Source: Neocallimastix sp. 'constans'
Lineage: Eukaryota
Assembly: GCA_050613775.1 (NCBI GenBank)
Contig: JBODTK010000107.1
Coordinates: forward strand, 62,001-126,000
Direction of reading: 5' to 3'
DNA length: 64,000 nucleotides
The notes beneath the pieces were generated by a model that searched no databases, was not told the origin of the DNA, and saw nothing but the letters and a program-made list of their open reading frames with translations. Below are positions 54,065 to 64,000 of the stretch, piece by piece. The position numbers and the translations under genes were made by a program. The stretch's first letter is position 1; each line of letters starts with the position of its first letter.

Positions 54065-54229
54065 GTTTCTCGAACTTGATTTTTCTAAAAACAAAAAAAA
54101 AACTTTTGGATTAATATATTGTGGCTTATGTATCAATTATATTACATTATATTTTATTACAATTAATTTCATATTCACATAAAAATATTTCATGATAGAA
54201 ATTTGAAATCCTTCATATTCACCACAATT

Positions 54230-54260
<31 letters not shown>

Positions 54261-54430
54261 TTATTATACAGATAAAATAATAAAAAATAATAAATAAATA
54301 TAATAGGCCTTTTTTTTTTTTTTTTTTAATTCAAAAATAATAAATACAAATTTTAATTTAAAAAAAAAATAAATAAATAAATAAATATATAAATATATAT
54401 ATTTATATATATTTATATAGATATATAATA

Positions 54431-54588
54431 ATGGATAAATTTTCAAAAAGTGATTTTATTTATACCTCCTGTTACTGTGAAGAAAATGTTTATAAACTTT
54501 GTGAACTATTAAATAAAAAATTTTCAATACCACTTTCAAAAATATATGCTGTATTTATATCAAATGAAGATAAACAAGTAAAATTAAT

Positions 54589-54630
<42 letters not shown>

Positions 54631-56299
54631 AAATAAAATAAAATAAAATAAAAAAAATAAAGAAAAAAAAAAAAAAAAAGAATCAAATATAAATAATATT
54701 TTGAATTATTTTTACAAAAATTAAGATTTTTTTTAAAAAAAAAAAAATACATAAATACAATTTTTTTACTTCAAAGATTAAATTCACCTTCAAATATTAA
54801 TTCTATTTATTTTATTTTATTTTATTTTATATATTATAATAATTATTTTATATATAATTATTCAATACCATACTTTTATTATATATATATATGTATAATT
54901 TATATTTCGTTCACTTAACCTATCCTATCCTCACCTAGGTATTATTCTGGAGACAAAAAAGTCAAAAAAATAATAGTGTCTATCCAGTAGTTTGGGTAAA
55001 TAATAATAAATAATTAAATAAACAAAATAAAATATGAATATACATATGTATATGCATATGGAATATGAATTATGAATTAAAGAGAAAAAGAACATAGAAT
55101 AGAAATGTAAAGGAATATATATATATATTAATATAAAATAGAAAAAAATAGAAATGGAAAGGAATATATCTGTTTTGATATAAATTGAAATGTAAACATA
55201 TATATATATAAAAAGCAAAATAGAAACTTTTTTTTTTTTTGATTGAATAATTAAATAACCTTTTTTTTTTTTATTTATTATTATTTATTTTTTTTAGGAC
55301 TATCATGTTATTGCTGTAGTAGAAGGAGAAGAAGGGTATGTCAATATATATATATATATTTATATATATTAATTAACTATTTAAATACTGAACTAATAAT
55401 AAAACTATTAATATTTACTTTTATTTTTTTTTTAAAAAAAAAAAACTATTATTATTTATTATTTTTAAAAAATTATTTAATATATTTCTTTAAAATCTAT
55501 CTATCTAATATATAACAATATATATTAACATATTCATATATATATAAAGTCAACCTAACGTTATTTTTGATTTAGATTCAACTTTACCTTTCCCTTGTGA
55601 ATTTAATACCTATCTTATAAATGCTATCTATCCAAAACAATATGCCAGAATAGTTAATGAGCATCAAGGGTATATTATATATATAATTAATTTTTTTTAA
55701 AAAAAAATATATATGTATATTATATATATACTTATATTTATATTATGATAATAGCAATAATAATAATAAATAATTAATATAAAATATATATATATATTTT
55801 ATTATTTTTTTTTTTTTATTATTATTATTATTTTTATATATATATTTAATATTTTTTTATTTTTTTTTTTTTTATTTCTTTTTTTTTTTGTTTCATATAT
55901 ATATTTAAATATAAAAACAAAATGAAGATTATTTAGAGTTATTCCTGCTGATATGTATTTTAAAAATTTTGCTTCGGATAGAAGTCATATGGTAAGAAAA
56001 TGAAAATAATAAATAAATAAATAAATTAATAAATAAATAAATATAAATAATATTTATACATTTTTATTTATTTAAATATGAAATCTCTCTCTATATATTT
56101 ATATTTATATCTATATCTATATATAGATTGATAGTGAAGGACAATGGTTACAACCCCCACCAAAATATCCACCTATTTCCACCAAAGGTAAATTAAAATA
56201 GAATAGAATTAGTAAAAAAAAAAAAAAAAAAAAAAAAAAATGTGTAGTAGAATTTATTCTATTATATTTATCATATAATATAATAATAAAAATAATAAA

Positions 56300-56365
<66 letters not shown>

Positions 56366-56400
56366 GTTTGATTTTCATATAATTTAAAAAAAATATATAT

Positions 56401-56435
<35 letters not shown>

Positions 56436-56582
56436 TTCATTTATTTTATATATATATATATATATTTAGAGTGTACTATGAATATACATCAATTTATCAA
56501 TATGACCTCCAATATCAAATCTGAAAAATATGGAACTGTATATACCCTTAAGGAATTTATTGATCATTTTATGAATACTTAA
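54431..56582 (+). CDS. NTAQ1: Protein N-terminal glutamine amidohydrolase (WDYHV1). Exons 54431-54577, 54939-54995, 55298-55335, 55550-55669, 55928-55991, 56127-56187, 56470-56582
   Basis: Motifs YTSCYCEENVYKLC, YAVFISN, VVW|DYHVI, IFDLDSTLPFP, FASDRSHM and WLQPPPKYPPI. The Cys-His-Asp triad motifs are present and all phases are consistent. Confidence 0.95.
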
Positions 56583-57032
56583 AAATATATATATATATAT
56601 TAAATATAACATAATAAATAAAATATATATATTTATAAAAGATAAAAAAATTTTTTTTTTTTTCATAGTAATTTCATCATTTAAAATGGTCTTTTAATAT
56701 TCTTAAAAAAAAAATCCTTTTTTTTTTTATTTTTTATTTTTAATTTTTATTTATTATCTATAAAATAAAATATTTATTCTTTTTTTTTTAATTTCAAAAC
56801 AAATTTTTATATTTAAGATAAATAATAGTATAAAAATTAATCATTTTAAAATTTAAAAGATAATTTAGATAATATAAAAATTATGTTAAGATGTTACTTT
56901 TAGATGTTATTTTTTAATTCATGATATATATGTTATATGTTACTTAAATAATTTAATATAAAAAATAATAATAATATAGAAGCAAAAAAAAAAAATATAT
57001 ATATATATATTATTAAAAGATGATATGTAATA

Positions 57033-57070
<38 letters not shown>

Positions 57071-57369
57071 TTTTTACTTTTTTTATATTTTGAATTAAAT
57101 AAAAATTTTTTTTAAAAAATAAAAATATATTTATATTTATTTAAAAAATTAAAAATTAAAATTAAAAAATAAAGAGTAATACTTTTTTAGTCGGATTAAA
57201 TTGTTGGATGAATTATATTATAAAATGTTCAATAAAAAATAATAATTATAATAAAATATATTAAATTTAAATTAAAAAATAAATAAATAATATAATAGTA
57301 ATTGTTATTGCTATTATTACTATTATTATTATTATCTATTTTAGTATTATAATTAAATTGTAAATAAAA

Positions 57370-60300
57370 CTAAACTTCATTATTTTCTCTTCTTTGTCTT
57401 GCAACACCAACCATAGCAATCTTCCAAGCTTGTTTGGCATTAAAAGCATTTTGAACTGGAGCAGTCATTGCTCTACCATTATTAGCAAAGGATGAGACTC
57501 TACCACCGACATCACCAGTTGTTGAAGTCTGAATACGAGGAGATGAGCCACTCATGGCTCTTCCTGAACGACCACCATGAATTGTACCAAATAAGTTCAT
57601 TTCTGGACGAATAGCATTCAGAGCAAAGTCCCATTTAAGTTCAGCATTTCTATGTCTTTCAGCAGAGGAAGTAGATAAGCCAGTATCCGCACGTGGAGGA
57701 TTAAGGAAGTCTGGTAATGGTTCAGTAAAGTCAACTGGATCAGCAGCTGCTGGAAGTTTTGGTAAGCAGAGAGCAAAGGTACTATCAGGAATTAAACGAA
57801 GAATCATACCAAGAGGTAAGGATAAGAAACCAAGAAGAATACAAATACCCCATTGAGCTGCATTCAATGAGGTTGTCTTAAAGGCATCACCACCAAAAGT
57901 AACAATAAGGAATTGAGCAACTGCAATAAAGATAAAGATACAAATAAAGTAAGCATTCTTATAAATACCAGCAAACACATTCAAGCGATTATCAATTCTA
58001 CGACAATTAATTTCATTAAAGATTTGAAGGAAGACAAATGTGTTGAATACCATGGTCTTCAAGACTGTCTTTTCTTCATTAAAAGCTTTTTCCTGAGGAT
58101 GGCCTTTTCCAGGTCCAGAAGACATGACACCTCCATGATCCTTTAAAGTTTGTAACCAATTAGTGAAGATGTATGGACCAGCGAATAAGAGGACAAAGTT
58201 AATAATGACTTGGAAAATAGCTTCACCAACAATCATCTTCCACATAGAATGAGTAATTAATGGAGATCTCTTACTCTCCGGTGGTCTCAATAACATATCT
58301 TGAGTTGGCTTTTCAGTAGCAAGGGCTAAAGCAGCAAGGGTATCCATAATTAAGTTAACCCAAAGTAATTGGACAGCCGTTAAAGCAGAACCATTTTCAC
58401 CATCCACAATAGCTGAAATAAAAGTAACAATAACGGCAGTAATATTAACAGTCAATTGGAATTGAAGGAATTTCTTTACAGAATCATTCACACTACGACC
58501 CCATAATAAAGCCTTCACAATACTTGAGAAATTATCATCCATCAAAATAATAGAAGAAGCTTCCTTGGCAACTTCTGTGCCAGCAATACCCATAGAGAAA
58601 CCAACATCAGCCATCTTTAAAGCTGGACCATCATTGGTACCATCCCCAGTAACAGCAACAGTTTCACCTAAATACTTTAATCTACCTACTAAAATTTGCT
58701 TATCTGTTGGAGAGGAACGAGCCAATACTTGAAGACGTGGAAGAATTTTATCCATTTCTTCTTCTGTTAATGTTCTAAACTTTGGACCTTCCATGGCAAT
58801 ACCACCTTGAGTATATATACCACATTTAGTAGCAATAGCACGAGCAGTATTAATATTATCACCAGTAACCATACGAACCACGACACCAGCATTTCTACAA
58901 GTAGCAACGGCTTCTGGGACACCTGGACGAACTGGATCTTCAATACCAACAAGACTCATAAATGTGAGATCCTTGTTTCCTATTTCAGTAAGAGCAGCAT
59001 TGTGTGATAAAATTTCTTCTTCGGTAGGTTCTGGAATTTCAGGTATTTCATCCCTCACTTGATCATCCGTAATTTCCTTCATAATTTCAGCAAGATTATC
59101 TTCTTCAATAGGAACCCCTCTTCCCAAAGCAATTCTTTCGGCCATTTCACGCTTCTTTTGATCCATTTTTTCTTCAATAATAGCATCCATAACCTTTTGC
59201 TTAACCTCACCATTAAGATAAGCCTTAAATTCATCTTCTTCGAAATCACGGTAAGCTAAACTAAAAGTACGTAAAGATTCATTGGCAAAACGTTCAATAA
59301 TATTGTTGTTGTAATCTTCAGCAAGTGCCCTAGTAAGTGGAACAATGGTTGGTAATTCCGGAGCCTTAGTTTTTCCTGGGAATTTGAAACCTCCCTCTGG
59401 TAATAATAAAGCCTTTGTACTGTAACGTAAAACAATTTCACTAGCACCCTTAACGTGCATACGATAGAACGATCCTTTTCCAGTACCCTTAGCTTCACGA
59501 TTAACCTTAATAAGAGTAGCCATACTCTTCTTAGCTGAAGAAAATGGATAGACTTGTACTACTTGGTAGCAAGGATTATCCCTGTAAGATCTGTAATCGA
59601 TACCCATTGCTTTTGTCATACCTAATAAAGCAGTTTCTGACTTGGAACCGATGAATTCAATCTTTCCCTCATCATTTTCACCCTCGAAAGCAGTAGAATT
59701 AATAGAGATACCCTCCACTAATACATCTAATAATTCAGCACCATCCTTAATTTCCTTATTCGCTGGGTCAGTCTTTCCCTTAAAACTCTTTAAATCTTCA
59801 GCTAATCTAGCAATTTGTTCTGGACCTTCAAAACCAAAGAATCTACCTACAACACCCTTAACGACTGTCATTTTATTTTGGGTTAAAGTACCAGTTTTAT
59901 CAGAACAAACCGTCGTAGCACCACCCATAGTTTCACAGGCATTTAAGACACGAACGAGATTATTATCCTTAAGCATACGAGTAGTAGCAAAAGCAAGAGC
60001 TAAAGTTACAGCAAGTGGTAAACCTTCTGGAACAGCAACAACAACAACAGTAATAGCTGAAATGAAAATCTTTACAATTTCTGATAAAACACTTGCGAAG
60101 GACTTATCAATATTATCATCTCGAATGAGTTGAATAACATACTTTATAATTAAAACAAAGAACATAAGAACTGCAGCAGCAGTACCAATAACAGCAATTT
60201 TTTCAGCCAAAGCATTTAACTTGACTTGAAGTGGGGTATCTTCATTTTCAGTACGTAAACTCATCATTGTCTTACCATGGAAAGAGTTCACACCAACGGC

Positions 60301-61047
60301 AGTTACGAGGAATGAACCAACACCTTCCGTAACCTTACTACCACTAAGAATTAAATGTTCCTTATCTGCAGCCTTTTCAATAGTATCACTTTCACCAGTA
60401 GCAGCAGATTCATCACATTTTAAGTTATGACCTTGAATGAAAACACCATCAGCACAAAGTAAATCACCAGGCTCCAATAATAAAACATCACCAACTTGAA
60501 CATCATAAACAGAAATCATTACATTTTCACCACCACGAAGAGCTTTAACCTTACGATCATCCTTCTTAGCATTTAAAGCACGGAATTGTTTTTCCTTTTG
60601 GTAATCATTAATACTACCAGCGGTAATTACAATAAATACAGAAACAAGAATTGCTACACCTTCAATCCAGTGAACCTTTGGTTCATCATTATTTTCACTT
60701 CCTGGACCAAAATCTTCATATAAACCAATACTTAAAGATACGATAGCGGCAACCGATAAAATAATCATAATCTTATCATGAAGTGCCTCCCACATTAATT
60801 GAAGTAAACTCTTTGATTTCGTTTCTGGTAATACATTTCTTCCGAAGACTTCTTCACGATCCGCAAAAATATTTCCATCTTCAGGTTTGTGAATTGGTAA
60901 ACCTGTCTTCACATCAACTTTTAATGCCTGTGCGATTCCTTCTAAACCTCCATATTTTTTTAATAATTCTTCATTTTTTGGATCAACAAGTTCAGACAAT
61001 TGCTGGGCCGTGAACTTGAAAGGATTTTGCGTCATAGGTTCACCCAT
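57370..61047 (-). CDS. PMC1: P2B-type Ca2+-transporting P-type ATPase (PMCA/Pmc1-like), single exon, 1225 aa
   Basis: Motifs DESAATGESD, VAVPEGLPLAVTLALA, CSDKTGTLT, KGASE, MVTGDN, GDGTNDGPAL, KFLQFQLTVN, QLLWVNLIMDTLAALALATE and FNEINCR. Confidence 0.96.
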   Translation of the reverse strand: MGEPMTQNPFKFTAQQLSELVDPKNEELLKKYGGLEGIAQALKVDVKTGLPIHKPEDGNIFADREEVFGRNVLPETKSKSLLQLMWEALHDKIMIILSVAAIVSLSIGLYEDFGPGSENNDEPKVHWIEGVAILVSVFIVITAGSINDYQKEKQFRALNAKKDDRKVKALRGGENVMISVYDVQVGDVLLLEPGDLLCADGVFIQGHNLKCDESAATGESDTIEKAADKEHLILSGSKVTEGVGSFLVTAVGVNSFHGKTMMSLRTENEDTPLQVKLNALAEKIAVIGTAAAVLMFFVLIIKYVIQLIRDDNIDKSFASVLSEIVKIFISAITVVVVAVPEGLPLAVTLALAFATTRMLKDNNLVRVLNACETMGGATTVCSDKTGTLTQNKMTVVKGVVGRFFGFEGPEQIARLAEDLKSFKGKTDPANKEIKDGAELLDVLVEGISINSTAFEGENDEGKIEFIGSKSETALLGMTKAMGIDYRSYRDNPCYQVVQVYPFSSAKKSMATLIKVNREAKGTGKGSFYRMHVKGASEIVLRYSTKALLLPEGGFKFPGKTKAPELPTIVPLTRALAEDYNNNIIERFANESLRTFSLAYRDFEEDEFKAYLNGEVKQKVMDAIIEEKMDQKKREMAERIALGRGVPIEEDNLAEIMKEITDDQVRDEIPEIPEPTEEEILSHNAALTEIGNKDLTFMSLVGIEDPVRPGVPEAVATCRNAGVVVRMVTGDNINTARAIATKCGIYTQGGIAMEGPKFRTLTEEEMDKILPRLQVLARSSPTDKQILVGRLKYLGETVAVTGDGTNDGPALKMADVGFSMGIAGTEVAKEASSIILMDDNFSSIVKALLWGRSVNDSVKKFLQFQLTVNITAVIVTFISAIVDGENGSALTAVQLLWVNLIMDTLAALALATEKPTQDMLLRPPESKRSPLITHSMWKMIVGEAIFQVIINFVLLFAGPYIFTNWLQTLKDHGGVMSSGPGKGHPQEKAFNEEKTVLKTMVFNTFVFLQIFNEINCRRIDNRLNVFAGIYKNAYFICIFIFIAVAQFLIVTFGGDAFKTTSLNAAQWGICILLGFLSLPLGMILRLIPDSTFALCLPKLPAAADPVDFTEPLPDFLNPPRADTGLSTSSAERHRNAELKWDFALNAIRPEMNLFGTIHGGRSGRAMSGSSPRIQTSTTGDVGGRVSSFANNGRAMTAPVQNAFNAKQAWKIAMVGVARQRRENNEV

Positions 61048-62178
61048 TTATGTATAATATATATATTTAAAAAAATTATTTACTTTATTATAATAAAAAA
61101 AAACAAATAAAAATAATATTAGTATTTAAAAAAAATATTTTTAATAAATTATTTCATATAATTACTACTATTTATTTATTATTATTTATAATTATCTTTT
61201 ATAAAAAATATTTCATTTTCTATAATAAAAAAAAAATAAAAAAAAAAAAGTTTGAAATGAAATAATAATACTAAATTAATAATTATATTAATTATATTTT
61301 ATTTTTATTTTATTTTATTTTTTTTACTTTTTAAATAATCTCTTTTCTATTTTTTTTTTAATTTTTTTATCTTGTTTTTAAATACTGTTTATTATCATAA
61401 AAATTTACTTATTAATCTTTAATTAAATAATTTATATTTTTTATCTTTTAATTTAAACAATGTAAATGCATTTACTTTTTTGCATATATTATATAAAATC
61501 AATAATTTTTATATTTTTATTTTGAATAATTTATATTTAATGTAATAATTTATATTAATTTAAATAATTGCTTACATGTATAAAATATATTCTTTAAAAA
61601 AAGAAAAAGAGACTTAAATTATATTGATTTATATTGATTAGAATTAAGATTATTGTATATAAAACGATATAAATACTGTAAATGAATAAATTATTTTTCT
61701 ATCTTTTCTATTTTTTAACTTTTTAACTTCAATTTTAATTTTTTTTTTTTTTTTTTTTTTTATTTTGTTTTATTCTCCTCCTTTCTTAAATAATCTTTAA
61801 ATTAAAACTACTTTTTTTAAATCTATAATTTTTTTTTTTTAAAAAAAAATAAAAAAAAAAAAATAAAAAAATAAAAAGGAAAGAAAAATATATTAAGCAA
61901 GGAGGAAAAATGTTTTATTTTATATTATTTTACTTAAAACATATTATTTAATAATTAATTATATTTATTATTATTTAATATATTTATTAATAATCAAAAG
62001 AATGAATTAAATATTATATAAATATATAAGATTATATTATAATATTTTAGATAAAATAGAATAACTTATGCTATATATAACAAGATATATATATTTAATA
62101 ATATATTGATTAAATACCAAATTATTATAAAATATATATATATATATATAAAGGAATAAGATATAACGTAATTAGATT

Positions 62179-62212
<34 letters not shown>

Positions 62213-64000
62213 TTAATTATTATTAATTAAAATTATAAAAAAAAATTTATATAATTTTAAATATAAAAAAATATATATATAATAGAGAACTGTAATAAAT
62301 ATAAAAATATATATATTTTATATATTACAATCAATTTTTATTCTATATAAATATATATTATATTCAATTTATATTATTTAAATATATTTTGAATTAGGTA
62401 TTTTATTATATATAGCATATATTATATTATATATGATAGTAACAATTATATATACAATATTATTATATGAATGATCCATATAATAAAAAAAATAAAAAAA
62501 AATATATATATATATAAATAAATTAAAAAAAATAAATAAATAAATAATAGTAATAGTTAATATAAATTAAAAAATAAAAATATAAAATATATAGATAAAA
62601 TAATAATATAATATATATATATAAAATAAAAATATAATGAAATGAAACATATGTAATGTAGAATATTAACAATAAAATGGTTCATATATTAGAATACATA
62701 TTTTGTTGATTAAAGTAAAATGTAAAATGTAAAAAATAAATTAACAATAAATATGGAATTTAATTCTTCATTTATATAACAATAACAATATTTATTAACA
62801 ATAATTATAAAAACAGTATATAAAAAAAATACAAAGAAATAGTAAATGAACAGTTGAATCCAATTCTATATAATTATTAAAAAAAAACAAATTCATATAT
62901 ATACATAATTAAAAATAAAAATAAAAAATTACATATAAAAGAAATAATGAGAATTGAATAAAGTATAAAAAAAATAAAGAAAAGAGAATAAAATAACATA
63001 TAAAAAAAAAATAAAGAGAAAAAAATATGATGTAAAGAAATTAAAAGAAAAAAGAATGAAATAAAATGACAAGATTAAATAAAAGAAAAGAATTATATCT
63101 TTAAATCATTAATTATTTTAATTTTTAAATTGTTATAAATTTTTTTAAAAAAAAATTTTTTATATCCCCTAATAACATTAAAACTATTATAATTTTATCC
63201 AATATTTTCTTTCAATGGATATTTTTTTGTATATATATATATATATATATTCTATATGATTAGGATAAAATACTTTCATTAAAAAAAAAAAAAACTTAAA
63301 AAAAAAATTAAGAAATATTTTAAGTTTTTTATTTATTTTCTATTTATATATATATATATATATTTAATGCATTTATATATATTTTTATTAAATATTTATT
63401 GTTATTTCTTTTTTTTAATATTATAATTGAATATTTTTAATATTATCTTTTAATTAGTATATATATATATCTAATACCAACTATTAATAGCTTACAAATA
63501 TGTACTCTTGATAGGTTAAAATTTTTGAAAAAAAAATAATTAAAGTTTAGCACAAAAAAAAAAATAAAAAAAAAAAAAAAGAATCATTAAATAGAAATGC
63601 AAATTTTATTAAATATATATATATATTTTCGTTTTTAATTTTATATTCACTTTTTTTTTTTTTTTTTACTAATTTCCTTATTTTATTTCTAAAAAAAAAT
63701 ATTTTTGTAGTTAAATTATACTATTCATTAAAAACTGTAAATTTTTTTTTTTTTTTGAATAACAAAAATAAAAATAGTTTTTATATGCATATATATTATT
63801 TTTAAATGAGATTAAACTTGCATTAACAAAAATTACATTGAGAGTAAAGCAAAAATATATATATATTTATATTTTTTTATTATAAATAAAAAATTTAACT
63901 ATATCAAATTCATATAATAATTTTATAATAATAATAATATTTTTTATTATGGGAAAAATAGCAAATAGTTTATTATTATTAATATAATTTTGTTATTATC

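Noticed and set aside
10383..61013. Short ORFs antisense to, or out of frame within, the LINE, tricalbin and Ca-ATPase genes (e.g. 10383..10673, 15551..15952, 18230..18601, 59642..60133)
   Set aside because: These are shadow frames of long coding sequences with no independent evidence.
93..61047. Functional Ca2+/C2 gene cluster (copine, tricalbin, C2-PH protein, Ca-ATPase)
   Set aside because: The genes are interspersed with unrelated housekeeping genes over 60 kb and share no visible regulatory element. Chance is sufficient without synteny data.
1..64000. tRNA, rRNA or snRNA genes
   Set aside because: No cloverleaf, A/B-box pair or rRNA-like GC-rich segment was recognised. A covariance-model scan would be needed to exclude small AT-rich ncRNAs.

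Overview
Extremely AT-rich eukaryotic genomic DNA with GT-AG introns, long poly(A)/poly(T) runs and microsatellites. The composition and the fungal-type gene set suggest an anaerobic gut fungus (Neocallimastigomycota); this is inference. Ten host genes can be built exon by exon: a copine (runs off the left edge), tricalbin, SPC1, an Hst3/4-type sirtuin, a SUN-domain protein, endosulfine, a C2-like+PH protein, the Hpt protein Ypd1, NTAQ1 and an intronless PMCA/Pmc1 Ca2+-ATPase. Several are missed or fragmented by the ORF track. The accessory region at about 3.3-13.2 kb is a nest of non-LTR retrotransposons. It holds one nearly intact, 5'-truncated APE-RT-CCHC element with a poly(A) tail, one decayed APE-RT relic, and several 3'-end fragments stacked head-to-tail and tail-to-tail. 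The fragments that reach the ORF end share a GC-rich C-terminal motif that may form an RNA structure. Elsewhere are a 350-bp Mutator-like MITE with a perfect 9-bp TSD, a probable decayed MULE transposase and several palindromes. No rRNA, tRNA or CRISPR array is supportable.
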